A stretch of DNA of 64,000 nt from an uncultured Nocardioides sp. (GTDB lineage: Bacteria > Actinomycetota > Actinomycetes > Propionibacteriales > Nocardioidaceae): NCBI GenBank assembly GCA_964503015.1, contig CAZDAO010000002.1, forward strand, positions 3,680-67,679, written 5' to 3'. Shown in pieces: positions 18,714 through 27,894 of the stretch. Each line of letters begins with the position of its first letter. Within the stretch, counting starts at the first letter, position 1. The notes under the pieces are model-generated. The model had not been told where the DNA came from. It saw nothing but the letters and a program-made list of their open reading frames with translations, and made no database searches. Made by a program: the position numbers and the translations under genes.

Positions 18714-20209
18714 TGCCTCACGCAGGCACTGCCCATTCCTCTTCCCGCGAGGCCCTGCAGGGCGGGTGGAGCCGACGACGGCTCATCGCGATCCTCGTCG
18801 CCGCCGGGCTCGCCGCAGCCATGCTGGCGACGGCCTTCTGCTTCGGCGTCTACCGCGCCGTGACGCCAGCACCTGGACGAACGCACGACCGGTCGTTGGC
18901 CTCCACGGTCGACGGGCAGTTCCTTGAATCGATGGATGCGACCGGCCCCGAACGACGCGATGCCGTCGCCGCGGCCCCGATGCTGGTGGTCCCACCGTCG
19001 GCTGCACATCCTCCCGCCGCCGCGAACGGGTTCGGCGTGTCCGGTCCCGGCACCGCGGGTGGCCGCTCGATCGAGATCCCCGTTGGCGACGCCGTGCCAG
19101 GTCCCGCGCTGGTGATGAGCGGCTTCCCTCCAACACCGCAGGGCGCGATCGGTCAGCTTGCCCAGATCGACGTCGCGGTCCTGCAGTCCATGAACCTGGC
19201 GACAGCGCGCGAGGTCCACGCCGCCTGGGCACTTCCGGGTGGCGCTGGCCCGGAGGAGTGGTGGATCACCGCGAGCGTGCGCGCGTTCTTGGACGCCGCG
19301 TCCATGGCGGCGGCGAAGGACCCCGCCGTGTGGGTGCAGGTCGAGCCAGTTGCCGCACTGGTGAAGGGAACCGACGGGCCGGACTGGTCGACGGTGTGTG
19401 TCCTGCTGCGGGTGAGCGCCGCCTACCGCAGCAACGGAGAGGTCGCCCTCGGCCACTGCGAGCGCATGCAGTGGGTGGGCGGACGATGGATGATCGCTCC
19501 CGGCGCCCCTCCGGCACCAGCGCCGTCGACCTGGCCGGGCACGCCGCTCGCGGTGCAAGCGGGATGGGCGAGATGGACGAGGTTGGACACGCCGTCCAGT
19601 GCGCCGGAGGCTGACTCGGCGCACGAGCGTGAGCTTGCGTCGTCGAGCCTCCCCACATCCGATGTCAGCCACGACGAGGCCGGCGTGGTGGCAACCACCG
19701 CGGAGCTCGCCCGGGCACAGATCGGGTTCGACTACGCCCAAGCAGAGACCATCGCAACGGCCTACGCAGCACCTGGCTCGGGTCCGTACTACGCGAGCCG
19801 CGCTCGCGCAGCGGTGCGCGCTCGGCGCACCGCAGCCGGTCTCGGGCTGACCGGCGAGCCACGCGCACCGGCCTCCTTCGCCGTGACCCCGCTGGCCTAC
19901 AGGGTCACCTCGGTCGCCCCCGACCGGTACGCAGTCCACCTGCTCAGCTGGGTCACGCTGACCACCGTCGAGGCTCGGATGCGAGATCACGCCCAGGTTG
20001 ACACCTACTTGCTCGCCTGGTCCGACGCCCGGTCGGACCACGGGTCAGATGACGGCTCCGATCGGTCGATCGGGTGGCGACTGAGCAGGCCCCATCCCGA
20101 GGAGGTCGACGAGCTCACCGTGCAGCGCCCGTCGGTCCCGCACCTCGCGGACCTCGACACGGGTACGGCCGGATGGACATCGCTCGGGGATGTGACCGCA
20201 TGGGACTGA
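18713..20209 (+). CDS. Bitopic conjugation protein (VirB8/TcpC-like position)
   Basis: N-terminal TM; GFPPTPQGAIGQLA...MQWVGGRWMI domain followed by a second similar-looking domain; TGATG overlap. Confidence 0.55.
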   Translation: MPHAGTAHSSSREALQGGWSRRRLIAILVAAGLAAAMLATAFCFGVYRAVTPAPGRTHDRSLASTVDGQFLESMDATGPERRDAVAAAPMLVVPPSAAHPPAAANGFGVSGPGTAGGRSIEIPVGDAVPGPALVMSGFPPTPQGAIGQLAQIDVAVLQSMNLATAREVHAAWALPGGAGPEEWWITASVRAFLDAASMAAAKDPAVWVQVEPVAALVKGTDGPDWSTVCVLLRVSAAYRSNGEVALGHCERMQWVGGRWMIAPGAPPAPAPSTWPGTPLAVQAGWARWTRLDTPSSAPEADSAHERELASSSLPTSDVSHDEAGVVATTAELARAQIGFDYAQAETIATAYAAPGSGPYYASRARAAVRARRTAAGLGLTGEPRAPASFAVTPLAYRVTSVAPDRYAVHLLSWVTLTTVEARMRDHAQVDTYLLAWSDARSDHGSDDGSDRSIGWRLSRPHPEEVDELTVQRPSVPHLADLDTGTAGWTSLGDVTAWD

Positions 20210-22152
20210 TCCATGACTCCAACGAGCAGCGTCGCCAGCGCGCGCGAGCACGCATGCTGCATGTGGCCGGAAGGGTAGGTGCGTGGCTCGTCGTCGCGGC
20301 ACTCGCAACGGCAGCACTCGCAACGGGGAGCGGAGGCGCGGCAGCCGCCGCGACCACATCACAAGCGCCGAACCGCGTGGCAATTGCGGGTGCACAGCCA
20401 GCCTCCGCCGCTGACGCACCATCGACTGAGTCCTCGCGGCGCGGACGCAGCGGTCCTCCTCGCACGGACGATCTGTCGGACTGCTTCACGACGGCTCTCG
20501 CCTGCTCCCTCGGCCCAACCTACATAGGCGGATCGGGTACAGGTCACGCTGCGAAAGTCGATCTTCCTGCCATCGATCTACCCGGCATCGACCTGCCTGA
20601 CCTGAACCCGTTGGACGACCTGGGTTCTGTCATCGCCAAGGCCGCAGTCGATGCGTGGACGTCGGCCATGATGGCGATCTGGGCCTCGGGGCTCTTCGTG
20701 CTGCGCGTGGTGCTCACCTTCGCCGAAGCGTTCCTTACACCCGACCTGAGCCCGGATGGCCCGGGTCGCGCCATCTACGCGTTCACCCTCTGGATGGCCG
20801 GTGGCCTCGCCACGATCCTGGTGCTCGTCCAGCTGGGACGAGCCGCGTTCACCCGCGAGGGCAAGCAACTGGCCCGCGCCGCAATCGGTGCGGGTCAGTT
20901 CGTGCTCGCCTACGCCTGCTGGCTCGGCTACTGCGCGATCCTGGTCGCGGCGTGCGGCTCCCTGTCCAGGGCGCTGATGGGCAGCCTGCTGGGTATCGAG
21001 ACCTGGCCGGAGTTTGACCCGTTGGACGGGTTCAGCGCCGAGGACATCACCGACGCCGGCACCGCGACTGTGCTGGCGTTCTTGGGAGTGTTCTTGTGGC
21101 TGGCGGCGATCGGTCACATCCTCGTCTACCTCGCGCGAGCTGCGTCGCTGCTGGTCCTTGCCGCGACCGGTCCGGTCACGGCAGCCGGTCTGGTCGCCGA
21201 CAGCACCCGGTCGTGGTTCTGGAAGAGCCTGCGCTGGTTCCACGCTGCTGTCTTGACGCCGGTGCTGATGGTGCTAGTTCTTGGCATCGGCGTGCAGTTC
21301 GCCAGTGGCGTCGCAGCGTCCATGGCCGGAGGCGCCCAGCAGGCCGTCGCGACAGCACTCCCGGCCGTCATGCTGATCCTGGTCAGCACCATCGCCCCGA
21401 TGGCGCTGTTCAAGCTTCTGGCGTTCGTCGACCCCGGCACCCCGTCGGGCGCGTCCTTCCGCCAAGGCATGGCCGCCGCCGGTGGAGTCCAGGGTCTGCT
21501 CACGGGCACGGCATCACCACGTCTCGGCGGGTCCACCGACGCGTCCGCCGCCGATGGCACAGGCAGGTCGTCGGGCGAACAGGGCGCCGAAGAGGCGACC
21601 GGGGCACGGTTCGCCAAGGCCACCCAGAGCGCCGTCGGGCTGCTTGGTCCCGTCGGCCAGGCAGCCGCAGCCGGTATCGGCATCGTCGCCAAGGCGGGGG
21701 CGCTCGCTACCTCCCTCATGTCGGACCAGACCAACCAAGCCGGAACCGGCCAGGGCACCTATGGACCTGACTTCAGCTCACTCGGCACACGAGCCGGCCG
21801 GACCGGACCCCGGTCGGCACCCGGACCCGCCGCCCACATGTCCCACGACGACTCCGACATCGACGACCCAGGTTCAAACGGACCTGGCACCGACTGGTCG
21901 GACGTCAACGGCCCCTCTCCTTTCGGGCCTGGTCCCACCGGCTCAGGTCCCACCGGTTCAGATCCTGGATCCCCGTTGTCACCCTCCAGATACCTGCCAC
22001 CGAACGTGAACCCGGCGTCTGCGTTGCCATCTGCCGGAACTGCTGCCGCGGGCGGCGCTGCGGGCGGTGCTGCGGGAGGGGCCGCTGGAGGGGCCGCGGG
22101 TGGTGCCGCCGCCGGCTCTGCAGCCGCCGTTCCCATCCCGCCAGTCGCCTAG
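20200..22152 (+). CDS. TrbL/VirB6-like polytopic conjugation protein
   Basis: Many TMs, WFWKSLRWF, LFKLLAFVDPGT, Gly/Ala/Pro-rich tail; start uncertain. Confidence 0.75.
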   Translation: MGLIHDSNEQRRQRARARMLHVAGRVGAWLVVAALATAALATGSGGAAAAATTSQAPNRVAIAGAQPASAADAPSTESSRRGRSGPPRTDDLSDCFTTALACSLGPTYIGGSGTGHAAKVDLPAIDLPGIDLPDLNPLDDLGSVIAKAAVDAWTSAMMAIWASGLFVLRVVLTFAEAFLTPDLSPDGPGRAIYAFTLWMAGGLATILVLVQLGRAAFTREGKQLARAAIGAGQFVLAYACWLGYCAILVAACGSLSRALMGSLLGIETWPEFDPLDGFSAEDITDAGTATVLAFLGVFLWLAAIGHILVYLARAASLLVLAATGPVTAAGLVADSTRSWFWKSLRWFHAAVLTPVLMVLVLGIGVQFASGVAASMAGGAQQAVATALPAVMLILVSTIAPMALFKLLAFVDPGTPSGASFRQGMAAAGGVQGLLTGTASPRLGGSTDASAADGTGRSSGEQGAEEATGARFAKATQSAVGLLGPVGQAAAAGIGIVAKAGALATSLMSDQTNQAGTGQGTYGPDFSSLGTRAGRTGPRSAPGPAAHMSHDDSDIDDPGSNGPGTDWSDVNGPSPFGPGPTGSGPTGSDPGSPLSPSRYLPPNVNPASALPSAGTAAAGGAAGGAAGGAAGGAAGGAAAGSAAAVPIPPVA

Positions 22153-22167
22153 CAAGGAGAGAACCCT

Positions 22168-23676
22168 ATGAGTACGTCCTACAGCTCGTATACCCGAGAC
22201 CGGGTCGGGTGGTTCTTCGGTCTCTCGGGACTCCAGCTGGGGTCCCTCGCTGTCTCGGCCCTTCCAGTGTTCTGGTCGATCAGCCGCGGCGCCTGGGCGT
22301 CGGCGATGCTTCTCGCGCTCGTATGGATCGGCGCGGCGCTGGTCACGGCGGTTCCTGTGCATGGGAGGTCCGCGATCGGGTGGATCACCGCGTCGATCCG
22401 GCACGCCGTGGGCGGCCTGGCGGGGTGGACGAGCTTTCGTGCTGCGGCTGCACGTGGGCGGGTGAAGGACCTGAACAGCCCAGACCTACCAGGTGTGCTG
22501 CAAGCCATCGACGTCCACGAGGGCCCACCGCACGGGGCGGACATGACGCGGGTCGCGATCATGCAGAACCATGCGACGCGCACGTGGGCGGTGACCGCAG
22601 CGATAGTCCATCCCGGCGTGGGGATGATGGACGCGGAGACGCGCCGCGTGCAGGGCGAGGCGTTGTCATCACTGCTCGACGTGGCAGCTCGCACCGAGAA
22701 GATTGACGAGCTCCTGATCGTGGTACGCACGGTTCCCGAGGATGGTGCCGAGCGGGATCTATGGGTCGCGGGACACCGACGCCCCGGCGCTCCGGCTCTG
22801 GCCGAGCAGGTCAACGCAGATCTCGCCCGCGGGCTGGCTCGCGCATCGGTGCGGACCGAGATGTTCGTGACGCTGGTCGTTCCCGAGTCCCGCATCGCGC
22901 GGTCGGCGCGCGAGTCGGGCGGTGGGCTGGAGGGCCGGTGCCGCGAGCTGCACCTGCTGATGGGCGAGGTGGGAGCCCACCTCACCGGACCGCTCGGCAT
23001 GACCTCGGTGCGGTGGCTGACGAGCCCCGAGCTGGCGGTGGCCTGCCGCACGGGGTTCGCGCCGGGCGACCGCGCAGGGATCATCGACGCGCTGGCCGCG
23101 CATGCCACCCACGCAGAGGTGAATGCCGATGTGCCGTGGGCGATGGCCGGCCCCTCCGGTGCGGACACGATGGTGCGGCACTACAGCCACGACGCGTGGA
23201 ACTCCATCAGTTCGACCATCAAGCTGCCCACTCGCGGCGGGGTGATGGGTGCGCTCGCGCCCGTCCTGACGCCGAGTGAGCCCGGCGAGCGCCGGTCGTT
23301 CCTGGTCGCCTTTCCGTTGGTGTCACCGACCAAGGCAGACCGGCAGTCCGGCAACGCGGAGTGGGCAGCCGATGTGGCCCAAGGCATGAACGAGAAGATC
23401 GGACGCAAGACCCGAGCCGCGCAGCGCGACGCCCAGATCGCAACGCGCGGCTTCGACGCCAAGCTTGCGCGGGGCAGCGCCATGACCCGCCCCTACGCAG
23501 TCGTCACGGTCACCGTTGCGAAGACCGCCCGCATCACCGAGTACGGCCGCCGGCTCGACGCCGACGTGCGACGCGCCGGCTTCGCGCCTCTACGACTCGA
23601 CCTGGCCCAGGACGTTGCGTTCGCCACATCGACCGTTCCGATGGGCATCAGCCTCACCCGCCGAGGAGGCGTGTGA
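22168..23676 (+). CDS. PrgI/SCO6880-family conjugation protein
   Basis: GWFFGLSGLQL plus two TMs at the N-terminus; RRAGFAPLRLDLAQDVAF; AAGGAG RBS; precedes VirB4-like gene. Confidence 0.8.
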   Translation: MSTSYSSYTRDRVGWFFGLSGLQLGSLAVSALPVFWSISRGAWASAMLLALVWIGAALVTAVPVHGRSAIGWITASIRHAVGGLAGWTSFRAAAARGRVKDLNSPDLPGVLQAIDVHEGPPHGADMTRVAIMQNHATRTWAVTAAIVHPGVGMMDAETRRVQGEALSSLLDVAARTEKIDELLIVVRTVPEDGAERDLWVAGHRRPGAPALAEQVNADLARGLARASVRTEMFVTLVVPESRIARSARESGGGLEGRCRELHLLMGEVGAHLTGPLGMTSVRWLTSPELAVACRTGFAPGDRAGIIDALAAHATHAEVNADVPWAMAGPSGADTMVRHYSHDAWNSISSTIKLPTRGGVMGALAPVLTPSEPGERRSFLVAFPLVSPTKADRQSGNAEWAADVAQGMNEKIGRKTRAAQRDAQIATRGFDAKLARGSAMTRPYAVVTVTVAKTARITEYGRRLDADVRRAGFAPLRLDLAQDVAFATSTVPMGISLTRRGGV

Positions 23677-25328
23677 TGACGCGGCACCATCTGGGTCGAT
23701 CTCGCGCACACGAAGAAGAACAGGCAAGCGCACAGGGGAGCGGGCACCCGCGCACGCTCACAGGCGGTCACACGGAGCGTTCGGGCGGGCGTTCGGGCCG
23801 GCGTTCTGGCGGGATGCGATCCGGCAGTCGGAGCGTTTCAGCACTGTTGGCCGACTTCGGTCACGACGTCCCGACGGTCGCGGCGCCCACGCTGGCGGTG
23901 AAGGAGCCAGCTCTGTGGCACCACGCGTCGCGGCGCGGTGTGGCTCGTCGCGACCGGGGCTGGGCGGCTGCCGACGCACCGGCCTCGAGGTGGCGGATGA
24001 CGTCCGATCAGGCACCGGTGCTGTGGCCATTCATCTCCGCGCCGTCGCTCCCACCCACGGGCGCGTTAATGGGGATCGACCAGCTCTCCGGCGGCTCGTT
24101 CTATTGCGACCCGTTCGGGTGGGTGCTGCGAGACGACGTCCCCGTCACGAACCCCAACATCTTCCAGTTCGCCAAGCCCGGAACCGGGAAGTCAGGGACG
24201 ACCAAGAGCTTCTGCAACCGGATGATGCCTTTCGGGTACCGGACCCTGATCCTGGGCGACCCCAAGGACGAGTACGAGGCCCTGTGTCGTGCACACGGCG
24301 TGGAACCGTTCGTCGTCGGTCCCGGCATGGCGACGCGGATCAACCCGCTCGCCATGGGCCCGCTCGCGCAGGGGTGGGACTCGCTGCCGGGGGAGGAGGC
24401 TCAACGCCGCGCGACCATCATCTTCGGTCGATGGCTCACCCTCGTACGTGGCCTCGTGGGGAGCATGCGGATCGGTCAGGACCACGTGCCCTTCGGCCCC
24501 GACGAGAGCGATGTTGTCCGGATCGGGCTGCAGATCCTCACCGGCTACGCCGCCGGCGACACCCACGTCCGCGAGACCACCATCCCCGAGCTGTGGCAGC
24601 TGCTGCACAATCCCACCGCCGACCTGCTGACCGGGTCCCGCTACGACACCGAGCGGCAGTTCCTCGACGAGACCCGGCTGCTGCGCAACGCCTTGGGCCA
24701 GCTCGTCACCGGCACCCTCGCCGGCCTGTTCGACGCCCACACCAACATCGAGATCGACTGGCGCGCCCCCATCCAGTCCCTGAGCCTGTCCCGCCTCGAC
24801 CCCTTGGGAGATGAGGCGATGGGCATCGCACTGCTGTGCCTCAACTCCTGGGGACGAGGGCTACGCGAGATCGCCGAACCCGGAGACCTCCGCATCGTGG
24901 TCCGCGACGAGGTCTGGAAGCAGATGCGCCTCGGCATGGCCGCCGTGATGAGCTTCGACGCCGACCTCCGCCTGTCTCGCGGCATGGCCGGCAAAGGCGG
25001 GGACGTCCAATTCGCCAACCTCCACAAGCCCTCCGACCTCCTCTCCGTGGGGGACGCCGGATCCCAGGCCACCATGATCGCCAAGGACCTCCTCGAGCTG
25101 GCCGACATCAAGATCCTCGGCGGGCAGAAACCCCGCGTCGCCGACGAGCTCGAAGCGATGCTCGGACTCGGACCCATCGCTCAGTCCCTGATAAGCGGCT
25201 GGGCGATGCAAGGCAAGGGCCGGGCCCTGTGGAGCGTCGGGGACTCCGCCTACAAGGTGCAGACCGTCCTTCATCCGATCGAGCGTGACCTCTTCTACAC
25301 CAACGACGCCATCGCAGCCGCGTCCTAG
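23676..25328 (+). CDS. VirB4-like conjugation ATPase
   Basis: Walker A AKPGTGKSGT, ILGDPKDEY, RINPL, Walker B IVVRDEVW, GKGRALW. Confidence 0.85.
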   Translation: MTRHHLGRSRAHEEEQASAQGSGHPRTLTGGHTERSGGRSGRRSGGMRSGSRSVSALLADFGHDVPTVAAPTLAVKEPALWHHASRRGVARRDRGWAAADAPASRWRMTSDQAPVLWPFISAPSLPPTGALMGIDQLSGGSFYCDPFGWVLRDDVPVTNPNIFQFAKPGTGKSGTTKSFCNRMMPFGYRTLILGDPKDEYEALCRAHGVEPFVVGPGMATRINPLAMGPLAQGWDSLPGEEAQRRATIIFGRWLTLVRGLVGSMRIGQDHVPFGPDESDVVRIGLQILTGYAAGDTHVRETTIPELWQLLHNPTADLLTGSRYDTERQFLDETRLLRNALGQLVTGTLAGLFDAHTNIEIDWRAPIQSLSLSRLDPLGDEAMGIALLCLNSWGRGLREIAEPGDLRIVVRDEVWKQMRLGMAAVMSFDADLRLSRGMAGKGGDVQFANLHKPSDLLSVGDAGSQATMIAKDLLELADIKILGGQKPRVADELEAMLGLGPIAQSLISGWAMQGKGRALWSVGDSAYKVQTVLHPIERDLFYTNDAIAAAS

Positions 25329-25344
25329 GACGGTCGAGCACCCG

Positions 25345-27096
25345 ATGCGGAAGGCGATCGCGGCGACACTCGCGGCTCTCGTCGTCCTGCTCGCGCTGCC
25401 ACTGGGCGCGGCCGTGGTGGTGTCGATGGGGGTCGGAGCGGCCTCCGAGTGCGTTGCAGATCCTGCCGTCGTCCCACCGGCTGACTCCGCCCAGGTCGAT
25501 CAGGCAGATGGGAGTGCACCCGCAGTCCCGACTGCCTGTCAGCGTGCAGGCGCCGCCGTCACCGTGGCGTCCTTCAACCTGTTGGGGGCCTCGCACACCG
25601 ACCGCCACGTTGGCGGCGGCTCGACGGCGGACAACTTTCCGAGGTGGAACGTGCGGCTGCCTCGGGCACTGGCCGCCCTGACGGCAGCCGGTGTCGACAT
25701 CGCCGCACTGCAGGAGGTGCATCCGCCTCAGGCGAAGGCGCTGGCACGCCAGTATGCCGACACCTGGGGCATGTTCCCCCGCCACGGACAGGTGCAGAAC
25801 CGGGTCATCTGGGACCGCACCGCGTGGACCCTCAGCAGCGCCCGGCTCATCCCGATCCCGTACTTCGGCGGCAAGGACGTCGGCACGCCGCTGGTCGAGC
25901 TGAGGTCCGCCAGCACCGGGCAGAGCATGTGGTTGTGGGGCGTCCACAATCCTGCCGACACCCGCGGAAACGCGGCGGGCCTGCGGGCCGAGGCCCTGCG
26001 CCGCCAACTCGCCACGCTCTCCGAGTTGGCAACGAAGGGTACCCCCGGCGTCCTCGCCGGCGACTTCAACGACGCTCACGACGGACCCGAATCCTCCCAC
26101 TGTCAGCTCACCCCCACGATGAGCAACGCCTTCGGCGGAACCTCCGACCCGTGCGTGCCACCCGCCAGTGGCGCGGCCGTCGACCACCTCTACGGCGTGA
26201 ACCTCGCCTGGGCCAGCCCACGCGTCGACACCACGGTCCAGGCCCAGCGGGTGAGCGACCACCCCCTCGTCGTCGCCACGGCGACCAGCCCCACGAGCAC
26301 CATCACCAGCGCCGCCTGCGCAGCCATGCACGACCGCTACGGGTTGGGTCCCGCCCAGCCACAGCTCGCGAAGCTCGTCGTTTCCCTCGCCCCGCTGTTC
26401 GGCGTCGAAAGGGTCGGCGGTGTACGCGCGACCGCCCGCGACGAGGGCTGGCGCGCGATGGAGGACCGCGGCAGTCCCGCCGAGAACCACCGCGACCACG
26501 TGCATAGCTCCGTGCTCCCGGCGGCCGACCTCCTCAACGACGGCGTCATCGACGCGGCCGGCGTCGAGGGCATGGACCCGGCGGCAGCGGCCTGCGGGAA
26601 TGTCGTCTACCCGGTGCCACCCGCCTACATCACTGCCGACCGGCACAACTGGCACGACGCCGGTCCGAGCTGGTCGTCCTGGCACACCGGTACCGACTTC
26701 TCCATGCCGTGCGGTACACCCGTCCTCGCCGCGCATGCCGGCACCATCGAAATCGACACCAATCAGAGCTGGGCCGGGCCCTACCTGGTCAAGATCACGA
26801 CCGGCCCCACGTCCCTGGCCACCTGGTACGCCCACATGGAGACCGTCACCATCAGCCGCGGCCAGAGTGTTGAGCCCGGCGAACAGATCGGCACCACTGG
26901 GGCCTTGGGCAACGCGAGAGGCTGCCACCTTCACTTCGAGGTCCACGAGCACAACGGATCCATCTACGGACCCGACAACGTCGACCCCAGCGTGTGGCTA
27001 AGCCAACACCCAGACCCCCGTGTCGCCTCCAACCTGCCCACCGAGCCCACCTCTGAGCGGACAACCGAGCCGACCCTGAGCGAGCCGCCGACCTGA
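25345..27096 (+). CDS. Membrane-anchored EEP (endonuclease/exonuclease/phosphatase)-M23 peptidase fusion
   Basis: EEP motifs ASFNLLG, ALQEV, GVHNP, LAGDFND, VDHLYG, SDHPLV; M23 motifs HTGTDF, YAHM, HLHFEV. Confidence 0.88.
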   Translation: MRKAIAATLAALVVLLALPLGAAVVVSMGVGAASECVADPAVVPPADSAQVDQADGSAPAVPTACQRAGAAVTVASFNLLGASHTDRHVGGGSTADNFPRWNVRLPRALAALTAAGVDIAALQEVHPPQAKALARQYADTWGMFPRHGQVQNRVIWDRTAWTLSSARLIPIPYFGGKDVGTPLVELRSASTGQSMWLWGVHNPADTRGNAAGLRAEALRRQLATLSELATKGTPGVLAGDFNDAHDGPESSHCQLTPTMSNAFGGTSDPCVPPASGAAVDHLYGVNLAWASPRVDTTVQAQRVSDHPLVVATATSPTSTITSAACAAMHDRYGLGPAQPQLAKLVVSLAPLFGVERVGGVRATARDEGWRAMEDRGSPAENHRDHVHSSVLPAADLLNDGVIDAAGVEGMDPAAAACGNVVYPVPPAYITADRHNWHDAGPSWSSWHTGTDFSMPCGTPVLAAHAGTIEIDTNQSWAGPYLVKITTGPTSLATWYAHMETVTISRGQSVEPGEQIGTTGALGNARGCHLHFEVHEHNGSIYGPDNVDPSVWLSQHPDPRVASNLPTEPTSERTTEPTLSEPPT

Positions 27097-27189
27097 GCTC
27101 CATTTCGCCGTCCGACCTGCTCGCCCGCAGGCGTGCACACGCCGTAGGTCGCAAGGACCAACAGACGGCACACGAAAGGGTCCACCCGC

Positions 27190-27894
27190 ATGCAGCATGA
27201 ACGTGTCCGAACGCCCTACCCCTGGACGTGGGAGATCCCGGCCACCGTCACCTGCATGCTCCTGATCGGACTGGTGTCGGGAATCCAGGTCGGCAGGACG
27301 ATCGCCAACCTCGTGTGCGGAGCCGGGGTCACGTGGCCCGCCACTCCTCAGGTGGCCCACGATGCCGCCGCGGTGCCCATGCCGATCCCGTCACCCGTCG
27401 GTGCCGCGTTCTGGACCAGCCTGCCCGGAATCATCACCGGCGACGCTGCAGCCGGGCTGCCCCAACCCGTCCCGCCTGACCTCGCACCGCCCTGGCTCGT
27501 ATGGATCAGCGTCGCCATCACGGACCTGCTGATCCTCGCCGCCACCACCTGGATCTGCGTCCAGTGGTATCTCCGCTGGGGTCCCGGCCGGATGCGAGGC
27601 ATGGCGTCACCTGCCGAGGTCGCGCAATTGCTCGGCCTTCGACGGATCCGCCGCGTCGCCCCCTTGGTGCGGCCCGACCTCTACGGGACATCGACATCTC
27701 GGGCGTCCGGACGTCGCGTACCCGGCAACCCGCATATGCGTCATCCCGTGCGCCCTGACATGACCCGGATCAGGACAGCTGTCGCGGAAACTGCCCGGTC
27801 TCGGCATTCAGCACCCACCAGTGAGCGGGCCCCTCAAGTAGTCCAGCAGCCGAGCTTCTGGCTCAGGCGTCCACATCGCGCGGACCCGCGATGA
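27190..27894 (+). CDS. Two-TM conjugation-associated membrane protein
   Basis: GAAAGGG RBS; two TMs; RGMASPAEVAQLLG; coupled to the VirD4 gene. Confidence 0.65.
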   Translation: MQHERVRTPYPWTWEIPATVTCMLLIGLVSGIQVGRTIANLVCGAGVTWPATPQVAHDAAAVPMPIPSPVGAAFWTSLPGIITGDAAAGLPQPVPPDLAPPWLVWISVAITDLLILAATTWICVQWYLRWGPGRMRGMASPAEVAQLLGLRRIRRVAPLVRPDLYGTSTSRASGRRVPGNPHMRHPVRPDMTRIRTAVAETARSRHSAPTSERAPQVVQQPSFWLRRPHRADPR

